Positions 1 to 11,735 of a stretch of DNA of 64,000 bases are shown one piece after another. The notes beneath the pieces are model-generated. The model was not told the origin of the DNA, ran no database searches, and was given only the letters and a program-made list of their open reading frames with translations. Each line of letters starts with the position of its first letter. Positions within the stretch are counted from its first letter, which is position 1. The position numbers were made by a program, and so were the translations under genes. Origin of the DNA: Eledone cirrhosa (lineage: Eukaryota); assembly GCA_964016885.1 (NCBI GenBank), contig OZ024745.1:95232001-95296000 (forward strand), in the 5' to 3' direction.

Positions 1-707
1 CTTTCTTTTTTTTGGGGGGGGGGGGGGGATACTGAATTAATTTTTCGTATTAATTTTTTCTTATATATCGTACGAGCATTTATGTAATTTGCATTAGAAT
101 TTATGTATTGTAGCAGCACTCTTATATATCGTGTTAGTATTCATTTTCGGGATCTGAATTAATATTTCGTATTAGTTTCGCGACTCTGAATTATTATTTC
201 GTATTAGGTTTTTTTAGTATTTTGGTCCCCTACTTGTTGACCTGTCATTGTAAGATAGATTAAGCCGAGTACTACTAACTCATAACATTCTTCAACTACA
301 ATCTCGTATTTAGTATCCCGCCCCACCTATTAAACTTTTCTATAGTCTAGTGAGAGATTTGATTATTGTGGTAGGGGAATAGTAACCAGAAATTGTGTTT
401 TTTTATATTTTTAACATTCTTATTTTTCTATATAGATTTACTCCATATAGATCTACTTATTGTTTCGACTTAACCCCCCCCCCCCCCCTCCCCCTATTGA
501 CCTCTTATCCTTGAGATTCTGATGTAGTCGTCACTTTCAACGCACGACTGGGTTTCCTCCACTACCTCTTCCTCTTTCTTCTACTGGCAAGTTCAGCTAC
601 CCCTTCCTTCCACAAAATGCCATGATAGAATTATGTGTCTCAACAACAAACTTTTGACCAATCCTTGTGACAATCATTTTTACCATATATGGAATAATAC
701 CCCCCCC

Positions 708-801
708 CCCCCTGAGAAGCTCGGCTATTCATTTACCAGGATAAAAATGTTCATTTAGTCCAGAATTAGCCGTCGAAACGGCTTGAGCTCAGCCGTCGGG
801 G
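708..801 (+). ncRNA. Type I hammerhead-like ribozyme, family A (long stem II, true stem III, GUC site, degenerate core CUGAGAA)
   Basis: CCCC-CTGAGAA-[CGGCTATTC...GAATTAGCCG]TC-GAAA-CGGC(TTGAGCTCA)GCCG-TC-GGGG; stems I and III pair. Partial copies at ~7871-7928, ~8394-8419 and ~56241-56313. Confidence 0.6.
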
Positions 802-810
802 TCCTACTCG

Positions 811-891
<81 letters not shown>

Positions 892-1102
892 TGTTATAGT
901 ATTCTCTTTAGAAGTTCCTGGCTACACAGTCATACACTCATCAACCGTTTTAGTGATATTAGTGCAAACAAGCAATTAACATAAACAAGAACAACTTGCC
1001 AATGGTTTTTAGAAATCAATGTAAAATTACTGGTATATAGTTTGTCAGCAGGTAGGAATCCTTTGGCGGTGCGTTCCTGGTTGTGGTCCATTCTTTACAA
1101 TT

Positions 1103-1277
<175 letters not shown>

Positions 1278-1348
1278 TGAACCTAATATAACTATGTAAA
1301 ATCGCCTCCTGTGCTTTGTCTGTTTCATTTATTAACTATATATATATA

Positions 1349-1429
<81 letters not shown>

Positions 1430-2232
1430 TATAAAGAAAACGAAGAATCAGTGATGCATCTGGACTTAGTTTATTTCGTGTTATATATATACACACACAC
1501 ATACACAGACGCACACGTACACAGACTCATACGTACATATACGCATATATACGGGTATGTATAGAGGATATGTGATAAAATAATACAACATGAATAATAA
1601 TAATAATGAAAAAAACATATATAGTCCATATATAAACATCCGCACACATTCCCAGGTTGGCGGTATGTGTGTGTGCGCGCATATGTATGTATATATGTGT
1701 ACGTTTGAATAGGACATGCTTACCCAATTGATACAGAACAGTCAGAAGGCTCGTGGCGTTATGTATCAACAAGTCTGTGTGACTGGGTCCATGGGAGTGA
1801 GGGAGTGATGGTGTGTGAGTATATATACTGCGATGTATGTATGTGGCGGTGTGGGTGTCTGAGCATGTAGACGCACGAGTGTGAATGCATAGATAGGTAT
1901 GTGTCTGAATATGTGTGTGTTATTATGTGTTTATTCTAGTATATGTGGGTGCTTACTCTGAAGTGTGAGTAGACGTGTGAAGTACTGAACCCAGCATGAC
2001 TCCATTGAAATGTGTCGGACGGAAAATGGTCGAAGAACCGTGTGGCAGCAGATACTGACCAGAACTTGTGATGACGTGGAGTACAAACAGCCAATGGCAT
2101 GACAGGAGTGGAAAGAGGGTTTTTTGAGGGTGTTGTTTTGATGATAACACCCCAGTGATAAAATTTGCGAAAGATTTGTAACACGAAATAAACTAAGTCC
2201 AGATGCATCACTGATTTTTCGTTTTCTTTATA
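1430..2232. repeat. ~800 bp segment bounded by ~53 bp inverted repeats
   Basis: ATAAAGAAAACGAAGAATCAGTGATGCATCTGGACTTAGTTTATTTCGTGTTA at 1431-1483 is the near reverse complement of 2179-2231. A related end occurs at ~50690-50720. Confidence 0.75.
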
Positions 2233-2312
2233 ATATCTACACTCTACTCTGATGAATATCGAGTGCTAATTTTGCCATACCGCCTACGGAAGCACCATAG
2301 CTACCACTATAC

Positions 2313-2350
<38 letters not shown>

Positions 2351-2352
<2 letters not shown>

Positions 2353-2952
2353 TCACCAGTTGGTGCTACTGGTAACATGTATCCCAGTACAACCTGTCTC
2401 ATGGTCGGGTCGTTGGCGACTAAACTGGCAACCCCACCAAGGTTTATTGGTGAGGAGGGTGACTTTGGACATCCTGCAGGACTAAAAACAAAACCTGTCA
2501 AAGGGCAAAGGAGCTCTTAAGAGTCAATGGCCATCCAAAATCACCGGGAGAGATGACCCCTTAGCCTTTGTCAAGGCAGAATTCTAGGAGAAGGAAAACT
2601 CTGATATAACACCTGCAACTCTGATGGTATCCAATGATGTTGACTTGATCTTCTTTTAGGTAAATATCATTTTGGTTAAGAGAGTGGGACTGGCTTTGTG
2701 CGGTGCCTTTGCTCACTATAAAAGCTTCACGGCACAGGCATTGCTTTATATCTGGAGATCTCTCTGCACTTGTCGTCACATGGTACCATGGGACCAGCAC
2801 TATGTGTCAATAATTGTCACAAGTGTAGTATTTGTACCAGAGTTTTCAAGTCGCTGGCTGGACTAAAAAGTCACTTGTTCAGCGCATCGGTAGGAGTTCT
2901 CCTACATGGATATAAAGTAGTGGCCGTACTCGAAAACAAGTTGGCAGCCACC
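2351..2952 (+). mobile_element. ~600 bp non-autonomous RTE-derived retroposon between (TA)n tracts
   Basis: Near-identical copies at 6080-6495 (+, 5'-truncated) and 31731-32335 (-). Encodes a zinc-finger remnant CSICTRVFKSLAGLKSH and shares its 3' tail with the RTE LINE at 28237-29245. Confidence 0.8.
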
Positions 2953-3221
2953 ATATATATATATATATATATATATGTGTATATTGAAATATATACGTTG
3001 CAAATGAACTGTGAAATTATTTTTCCATTATAGATATTGAAAATGTCTGATGATGCATAACAATATAAATTCGTTGATGATCGTCAGATGAGAGGACATT
3101 TCAATTGATCTTTCCATTGCTGACATTATCTGTCAGTTACATCTCCTCGCACAAGTATCAACAAAAAGTAAAATATTTTGCTGCGACTCTAACACTATAA
3201 ACACTAGTTCACGTCGTCGTT

Positions 3222-3495
3222 GTCTTCTTCTTCTTCTTCTTCTTCTTCTTCTTCTTCTTCTTCTTCTTCTTCTTCTTCTTCTTCTTCTTCTTCTTCTTCG
3301 CCCATTTATTTCTGAGCGGATCCCGGGGGAAGAGTCCTCACACATTCCTTCCAGCGGGTCCTGTCAGAAGCCACCGTCTCCAACTGATTCCCAAACGAGA
3401 CCACCAGCCAAGCTCATGGATGTTACCCAACCAACTTGCCCTGAGTCTACCCCTGGGTCTCCTGCCGGTTGGTTTTTCCGGTAAAATCTGCCGCT
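3222..3495 (-). mobile_element. RTE-type LINE 3' fragment with (AGA)n tail
   Basis: Translation KPTGRRPRGRLRASWL resembles the RTE C-terminal G.R.RGR motif; followed by a (GAA)n tail. Confidence 0.55.
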
Positions 3496-3656
3496 CTACA
3501 ACTACTACTATTAGTGGCATCGAGTTTCGGCTTTGTACGTCCTTACGGGATCGATAAAATAAAGTACCAGTAATGTACTGTAGGTGATCTAATCGACTTT
3601 CCCTTCTTCCAAAATTGCTGGCCTTGTGCATAAAGTAGAAACAATTATTATTATTA

Positions 3657-4265
3657 TCTATATATATAAAACTGCGGATGTCTGTCTGTGTGTGTGTGTG
3701 AGTTTGAATCCCTAAAACTAGAGAAACACCCAACCGACTGTTTTCAAACTTTACACATGTAATACTTATGTTTCTGGCGGTGTTCTGAGCAAAACAAATT
3801 TCAAATTTTCAATGCCCTAGGGACCGCATTAGGCGATTTGGCGATATCTCTCTATAATTATTAGTCTTTCTCTTTTAAGATAGATACATACATAAAACGT
3901 CGCGCCCTTATAATATCTGTCTTTATGTCTGGCTGTCTGCATTACGTCACTTCCTACAATTCGCTCTGCGTCCAAAACGCGCCTTATAATATATGTCTGC
4001 ATATCTGGCTGTCTGTATGTCTGGTTGTCTGCTGCCTCCGGTTATATTGCCACCCTTGCTCAAGACAAATCTCATACTCATTCCCCAAACAGTTGGTAAG
4101 TGCACACAACTTCTTCCTCACGTTTTAAGCCACAGTGTTGCTTACTTACGTACCACCAGACCCTTACTTCTTTGCCAGCCGTGGTTGTGGCAATACTAAG
4201 CTTAGCTAAGGCGGTTATATATTTCACAATACCTTATCCCATGCAACGCCGGGTACCAGTGCTAG
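3657..4265 (+). mobile_element. Non-autonomous Helitron
   Basis: Starts A|TCTATATATATAAAA. Ends with a GC-rich subterminal hairpin-like CCCATGCAACGCCGGG then CTAG|T. No TSD, inserted at AT. Confidence 0.75.
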
Positions 4266-4559
4266 TGTACAATAAATTATTTCGTCCTCCTTAAAAAATG
4301 CTTTATTACCAATAGCCTACGGTGAACAAGTAAAGCAAAACTGTTCCACCTAAGGAATCTGCAACATAGTTTGATTTCTAGTACAAACCACAACACTTCA
4401 CTTTAACCACTCATGTTTATGGCAAGGCATTTTAATCCTTTCGGTCATCATAATAATATATATCTTTCTTTATTTGCCACAGGGGTGTACAAAAATGGGA
4501 CGTTACAAGACGTGACGGCGAGTATTTTACATAAAATATTTAACAATGATAAATAGCAA

Positions 4560-5625
4560 TAAACTATATAAAAATAAAACAATTAAAATCCCTATTGGGG
4601 GGGAGTAACGCTACTGCGGGTTGTTTTACACCCCGTGGATAGAACAACCCTCAACACCAGGAACACGTTTTGTAGGTGTTCCCGTCTTCCTTCTGTTTAT
4701 CTTCCTCAAACTACAGGTTTATATACAGAGAAGGCCCATTCACCCGGGCCATTTTCGCCACATTCATCCACTTTTCAGCGAATTTACTGGAGTGTAGCAC
4801 CTCTCTCTCCACTCTCACCTTCCTTCTGAAGTGGTACTTAAAGAAGGGGATAAGTTGTTGTCCGGAGATAAAGGTGCTTTCCCTCAGTCCTTTTAACCTC
4901 GTCCACCATATTACCTCTTTCGCCATAGCCACCAGATAGAGGAAGACCGCCTCTCCTTCATTCTTAAATGAAGGTGGCGGGGTGATCCTCACAATGGACT
5001 CGGTTGACAACTGGATGCGTCCTACACGTGACAGTAGCTGTTCGACATAATTCCACAGATCGGTCACCCCTGGGTACTGAACAATTGCGTGCAGAACGGT
5101 TTCGATGTGCTGCTCGCATCTTCGACAGGTCCTTTTAGCAAGATCTCTGCCAGGGCTTCCGTGCCTGTAGATTTTGTCTCGAACTGGTACAGCTCCTCGG
5201 GCACTGCCAGGCCAGAGACCCTGGACGGAAAGTCCTCCCGAACAGACTGGTCAGTTCGTCTTCCTCGATGCCTAGAGTTTCCCCGAGAACTTATCCTCCA
5301 CTAATCCCCTATAGAATGTCGAAGTAGAGTCTCCGCTGATTGCCGTTTCCGCTTGGTAGAGGGCTGTGAGCGCCTGAAGGCACTCACGGTGCCAGGCGCC
5401 CATTTTCGGTCTTCACTTGACCCAGGACTGCAGCTCTGTTAGTGAGACGAGTTGTGGAAGAGCTCGTCTCACAAACGACAGCCACACCGGTTCGCCGGTC
5501 AGGAATACCTGGAGATGGCGCAGCCTAGCGCGTGTTTGCGCATCATCTGCCACGGCATGACCGCCCTCCGTTAGAAGGGTGTTGACAGCAGATGGATCTC
5601 CTCACCAATGGAGCCTGTTACTTCC
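4560..5625 (-). mobile_element. L1/Tx1-like LINE ORF2 3' fragment (degenerate)
   Basis: ORF 4711-5067 (LWNYVEQLL...AMAKEVIWWTR) follows a Cys/His knuckle-like region typical of the L1/Tx1 C-terminus; GC-richer than the flanks. Confidence 0.6.
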
Positions 5626-6079
5626 AATACTATATAGCTGGAGGAAATCACTATTAGAAGGCTACTAATATAACATATCCGAGAGTGGTAGGTAACCTTA
5701 CTTCACGTAGGTGATATTACCTGATTTCAAAAGTAGTACAGTTATTTCGATACATATGTTACCTTGAAGCTATTGTGTCGCCAGAACGACTCCGTTTCCC
5801 TTGTGATCTTCTTCTTTAAGAAGAAATCAAAGTTATAATGATGTAACATATAGTCAGAATTTTTAAAAGTTGTATATTTTCTCTTTAAAAAAAAATGAAT
5901 CTACAAACAAAAAACAATATTGATTTCTACACTTTGTAAGACGACTAATGAGAACAGTAAGTTAGAGTTTAGAAATAGCGATCAAAATTAATATTTAGTT
6001 ATATTCAATGACCAATACACCGAATATTGATTTATGTTTTCTATATACAGTATATATATATATATATATATATACAGTA

Positions 6080-6495
6080 TCTCCGGGAGAGATGACCCCT
6101 TAGCCTTTGTCAAGGCAGAATTCTGGGAGAAGGAAAACTCTGATATAACACCTGCAACCCTGATGGTATCCAATGATGTTGACTTGTTCTTCTTTTTGGT
6201 AAATATCATCTTGGTTAAGAGAGTGGGACTGGCTTTGTGCAGTGCCTTTGCTCACTATAAAAGCTTCACGGCACAGGCATTGCTTTATATCTGGAGATCT
6301 CTCTGCACTTGTCATCACATGGTACCATGGGCCCAGCACTATGTGTCAATAATTGTCACAAGTGTAGTGTTTGTACCAGAGTTTTCAAGTCGCTGGCTGG
6401 ACTAAAAAGTCACACTCGTTCAGCGCATCGGTAGGGGTTCTCCTACATGGCTATAAAGTAGTGGCCATACTCGAAAACGAGTTGGCAGCTACCAT
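6080..6495 (+). mobile_element. 5'-truncated copy of the RTE-derived retroposon
   Basis: Matches 2540-2952 and ends in (AT)n. Confidence 0.8.
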
Positions 6496-6654
6496 ACCAT
6501 ATATATATATATATATATATATATGCAAAAGTTCTATTTAAAATTGTTGGGATACAACAAGTAAATATTTTATAACTGATATAAAGCACTCGACAAGTTT
6601 TTGGAGTAGATATACGATATTAATAAATGGAAACTATATTTATAAAACCATATT

Positions 6655-6719
6655 TATTTCATTATACATATTTCAGGGATACCAAATTAAAATATGGTAT
6701 GCCTTCATCAGACAAAATA
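6655..6719 (-). ncRNA. Minimal type I hammerhead, family B
   Basis: Reverse-complement arm of 6770-6834. Confidence 0.8.
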
Positions 6720-6769
6720 CAATATATAAACAGTTTTATAAATAATTTTATAAAACTATTTATATATTG

Positions 6770-6834
6770 TATTTTGTCTGATGAAGGCATACCATATTTT
6801 AATTTGGTATCCCTGAAATATGTATAATGAAATA
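6770..6834 (+). ncRNA. Minimal type I hammerhead, family B
   Basis: TATTTTGT-CTGATGA-AGG(CATACCA...TGGTAT)CCCT-GAAA-TATGTA-TA-ATGAAATA; self-complementary stem III ATATGTAT; AUA cleavage triplet. Confidence 0.85.
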
Positions 6835-6873
6835 AATATGGTTTTATAAATATAGTTTCCATTTATTAATATC

Positions 6874-6919
<46 letters not shown>

Positions 6920-7927
6920 TATTGTAAGGAAATATAATATATTATTCCGATGTTTTTACTTCCTCACATCTCTAAATAAATGAATGATATTTGATATATT
7001 GTTTGTTATTTTGCTACATATGTTCTATCTTTCTGCCCAGTATTGTGTCTGAGTTGATTCCCAAACAATTATATTGTTTTCTGCTTATATTCTTGCAGAC
7101 CATGACAGATTAAGTATTACAAAACGATTCATACTTAGACTAAAACCATTTCACACAATTTTAGCCTCCCTAATATCGCAAAGAATGGTATAAAAGTCAT
7201 AACTTCTAATCCTGATTTTCTCTGTAACATAGTATCTTTGCATATAGAAAACATAAATCAATATTCGGTGTATTGATCATTGAATATAACTAAATATTAA
7301 TTTTGATCGCTATTTCTAAACTCTAACTTACTGTTCCCATTAGTCGTCTTACAAAGTGTAGAAATCAATATTGTTTGTTTTTTTTGTAGATTCATTTTTT
7401 TTTTAAAGAGAAAATATACAAGCTTTTAAAAATTCTGACTCTATGTTACATCATTATAACTTTGATTTCTTCTTAAAGAAGAAGATCACAAGGGAAACGG
7501 AGTCGTTCTGGCGACAATAGCTTCATATGTATCGAAATAACTGTACTACTTTATATATATATCGAATGAAACAACGGAGTTAAGGACTCGCATTTATCCC
7601 TGTAATTTAATGAGCTCAAGGAAAGAATTACCAGGCTCTTCATAATACAATATAGAGAGGAGAAAACACGAAAGAGTATGTTTTCAATTACAGGGGCATA
7701 AGGCCTCTAGAGAGAAAAACATAAAAACTACGAAAGGTATGGAAATACATTATAATTAAAGAGATACATTAAAATGCATAAACCCACCTTTATAACTATG
7801 AAACACATGTACAGACTCACTAGGAGAATGTTATATATATATATACTTAGGGTAATAGGAAAAGAGTCACGACCCCGACGGCTGACCTCCAGCCGTTTCG
7901 ACAGCTAGATCCGAACGGATCTAGCTG

Positions 7928-7961
<34 letters not shown>

Positions 7962-8431
7962 GTCATTTCTATAATATATATATATATATTATAGAAATGA
8001 CATCTACAGGACTAGAACTGTTTCATTCGTAATAAATGACCAGGAAAGTATATAAGTATATATATATAGAGAGAGAGAGAGTGTGTGTCTCCCCCCCCCC
8101 CCCCCCCCTCTCTTGTCAAATCAAATATATATGAAATACATTGTTAATATTGATCAATTTCTTTTTGAAATATGACCCTTTTTCAAGTCCAGAAACTTTT
8201 ACATTTTGATATATTTTTATTGTCAAATTTTTATGATCTTCTATTTCGTGTTCTTTGAGGAAATACCGCTTTTTGATCAAAAGAATTTGAATGTTTTACT
8301 TTTAGTATATAATATAATATTATATAATATAATATAATATTATAATATATATATATAATATTTTATATATATATATATATAGGAAAAAGAATGACCCCGA
8401 CGGCAGAGCTCAAGCCGTTATTCCTTCGTTA

Positions 8432-8462
<31 letters not shown>

Positions 8463-8529
8463 TAATAAGGTAATGAATTCTTTTACAATGGAATCAGCTC
8501 GAAGGAGGAAAAATACCCCCTGAGCAGTG

Positions 8530-8964
8530 TATAAATTAATATGTATGTGATGAAACACAGATACCAACACATCTGTATATATATTGCAAAAGAAAAATTT
8601 AGCCAGATTGAAGTATACTAATTATTATACTACAGTTTGACCAAATCGATTTAAAATAATAAATCAACGAAGACGAACTGTATTGCCAAGAGGCCGTGAT
8701 GTTTAGACTCATTTAAATTTCAAAATCAAACCTGTTCCGTAGATAAGTTTAGACTTATCTACGGAACAGGTTTGATTTTGAAATTTAAATGAGTCTAAAC
8801 ATCACGGCCTCTTGGCAATACAGTTCGTCTTCGTTGATTTATTATTTTAAATCGATTTGGACAAACTGTAGTATAATAATTAGTATACTTCAATCTGGGT
8901 AAATTTTTCTTTTGCAATATATATACAGATGTGTTGGTATCTGTGTTTCATCACATACATATTA

Positions 8965-8971
<7 letters not shown>
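8530..8971. repeat. ~440 bp palindrome ending in (TA)n
   Basis: Arms are reverse complements about the centre GATAAGTTTAGACTTATC (~8750), with about 2 mismatches. Confidence 0.95.
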
Positions 8972-9024
<53 letters not shown>

Positions 9025-9056
9025 TAAGAACAAAAGATGGTTAAAAGAGTTCCATG

Positions 9057-9127
9057 TATTTTATTATGCGCATTTCAAAAACAAATATCATCATGCAATA
9101 ATATTTGTGTTTTTATCAGATAAAATA
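9057..9127 (-). ncRNA. Hammerhead, family B-related, core CUGAUAA (G8A)
   Basis: TATTTTAT-CTGATAA-AAAC...GTTTTT-GAAA-TGCGCA-TA-ATAAAATA; palindromic stem III ATGCGCAT. Its 3' half is duplicated inverted at ~9186-9250. Confidence 0.7.
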
Positions 9128-9334
9128 GGAAGACATGATATGAAGGTTAAAAAACACTTGTGGATAGTGCAGTTTTAAATCAACATATTTTTGAAATGCG
9201 CATAATAAAATACATGGAACTCTTTTAACCATCTTTTGTTCTTATATATTATGTATACTCCAGTCCTACACATTGTAGAGTGCTTCTTATCCGATATCTG
9301 CATTGCTTTATTGTACTAAATAAAACTCACCTCC

Positions 9335-9403
<69 letters not shown>

Positions 9404-9536
9404 GTGAGGTTTTTTTTTTACAAAATGAAAAATAACCGAGGTGTCCTACACGAGTGGAAGTATAAAGAAAAAGGGATGAAATCGAAAATGCAACTGAAGT
9501 CTTATTTTTTAAAAAAATATATATATTTATTTGGTT

Positions 9537-9574
9537 CCTTTACCGGTTTCGCAGTTCTTCTGCTTTTCAAAAGG
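9537..9574 (-). ncRNA. Minimal hammerhead, family C (U3:A8 core)
   Basis: Reverse complement of 9761-9798, in the left arm of the inverted repeat 9464-9872. Confidence 0.75.
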
Positions 9575-9760
9575 TGAGTTGAGATGGAGGGTCTGTGGTT
9601 TTTCCATACCTTTCGTAGTTTTTATGTTTTTCTCTCTAGAGGCCTTATGCCCCTGTAATTGAAAACATACTCTTTCGTGTTTTCTCCTCTCTATATTGTA
9701 TTATGAAGAGCCTGGTAATTCTTTCCTTGAGAAAAACCACAGACCCTCCATCTCAACTCA

Positions 9761-9798
9761 CCTTTTGAAAAGCAGAAGAACTGCGAAACCGGTAAAGG
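9761..9798 (+). ncRNA. Minimal hammerhead, family C (U3:A8 core)
   Basis: CCTT-TTGAAAA-GCAG(AAGAA)CTGC-GAAA-CCGG-TA-AAGG; all three stems pair and stem III ACCGGT is palindromic. Confidence 0.75.
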
Positions 9799-10320
9799 AA
9801 CCAAATAAATATATATATTTTTTTTAAAAATAAGACTTCAGTTGCATTTTCGATTTCATCCCTTTTTCTTTATATATATATATATATATATATATAATAC
9901 ATATATATATAATATATATATATAGAGAGAGAGAGGGGTGAGAGAGAGAGGGAGAGAGAAAGAGAATATATATATATATATGGCTGGGTGGGTGTGCGTG
10001 TGTGCGTATGTATGAGAGAGAGAAATATTTATAAGATATGACATTATTGGTACAGAAGATTTTGTTTAAAATTTCTAAGGTTAGCTTTAATATGAATTAG
10101 TTCTACGTTTTAGTTTTGAATCAAAGGTTGTATTTTTGTATATATGTGACATAAGTATGAAGTAAAGCTGCGAGATGATGGAATCGTTAGAACGGTGGAT
10201 AGAATGCTTTTTGATATATATTCCGGCTCTCTGCAGAACGTATACCACAAGGCATTGAAATCCCACCATAATCAACTTTGGGTCGATAATAAAGTACCAG
10301 CCCAGTAGTGGGTTCGATTT

Positions 10321-10392
<72 letters not shown>

Positions 10393-11199
10393 ACACTCTC
10401 CCTCTCTCTCTCCATCGCTGGAAGGTATTGGACTGTGCTCAAAACTGGTGAGGAGATGGACTTCTGTAGGTTTAAACAATGCCCAAAGCACGTTTTATGT
10501 CATTTCGGCACCCCTACGACTCCGAAAGCTATTACAGATTCATACGTACAAAGTTTATATAATCTACTATTTTGAACCAATGCTTTTATCTACGTTGGAA
10601 ACCCAAATCGATGTTGCATGATGGAACATTTCAAATTCTTATGGAACAAGTTTGAGAAATAATTCTTTAAATATTATACGGTTTAAAGCACAAAACCCTT
10701 TTATTAAACTCCTAGAAAAGTTAACCATACTATATGTAAAGTAAAACCTGATTGCTACAGATAACTTGTATGCAGATTATAATTAAAGTCGTTTCAAATT
10801 AGTTTCAAATATATTTAATGTGTCAAGATAAATCAAAACCAAGATAAGAAAAACAATTGTTTTTCCATATGGTTATTGTTAAATAGAAATGTTAGAACAT
10901 CCAGACATCTAAAAATATAAGAATTATTCTTGCCAGATATAATTTCTCATCAAACGTATTTTCTTCGATAATCACATTGTCAGGTTATATATCGATTGGA
11001 ATAAACATCTGTTTTCCATTAAGCTGTCCAAAAAAAAAAAAAACATTTCACCAGCAACACAATATCAGTCAAATACTAAACGGAAAACAGCAATAGATTT
11101 TGCCATCTATGAACAATTATCGATTCATATGACAAGGAAATCTACAATTGGTTGGCCGTCTTTGCTAACAGGATATTATATTCATTTTATATTATCCAA

Positions 11200-11281
<82 letters not shown>

Positions 11282-11544
11282 TGCGTGTGTGTGTGTATAT
11301 AGATATATTTAAAAAGTCAAACCAAATGATTTACGGGATCCAATATCATCTTCATTGTACGGAAAAATCTGGGGAAGAAGTAATATCATGGAGGATCGAT
11401 TCCATGACTTAATTTTACATTTAAGCCTAATCAATGAAATAGCTAATGACTTTGGAAGATGCAGTTTTATAATTATTTCATATATTTTCTTTAAAATTAT
11501 CAAGCATCGTGTAATTAAAATTGTATTATACAAAAAGATAATGG

Positions 11545-11735
11545 TTTCTTATATAGGTCAGCAATTTTGGAGGAGGGGAAAGTCGATTAAATCGACCCCA
11601 GTGCGTGACTGGTACTTTATTTTATCGACCCCGTAAGGATGAAAGGCAAAGTTCACCTTGAAGGGATTTGAACTCAGATCATAAAGAGCTGTAACTCTAT
11701 GCTGCAAAGCATGGCGTCCGACCCTCTACCAGAAA
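11545..11735 (-). mobile_element. tRNA-derived SINE (abundant family)
   Basis: Reverse complement of the 13378-13560 family (GAGTTCAAATCCC B-box; GGGGTCGATAAAATAAAGTACCAGT). Confidence 0.85.

Larger units (their letters stand above)
6611..6878. repeat. ~270 bp near-perfect palindrome (PLE pseudo-LTR-like fold-back)
   Basis: The ORF track gives the same METIFIKPY... peptide on both strands. Arms are reverse complements and end in (TA)n. Confidence 0.95.

Noticed and set aside
2129-2186. Possible degenerate hammerhead (TTGATGA...GAAAGATTT) and G-rich, possibly edited interior of 1430-2232
   Set aside because: Stem II does not pair convincingly and there is no comparator copy to establish A>G bias.
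3047-3110. CTGATGA at ~3048 (also at ~2249 and ~13739)
   Set aside because: No stem II-GAAA-stem III-NUH arrangement follows; treated as chance matches.
8770-8800. GAAATTTAAATG in the 8.5-9.0 kb palindrome (and GAAAAACTCGGTA at ~20022) as hammerhead 3' halves
   Set aside because: The CUGANGA half is absent; at most truncated remnants.
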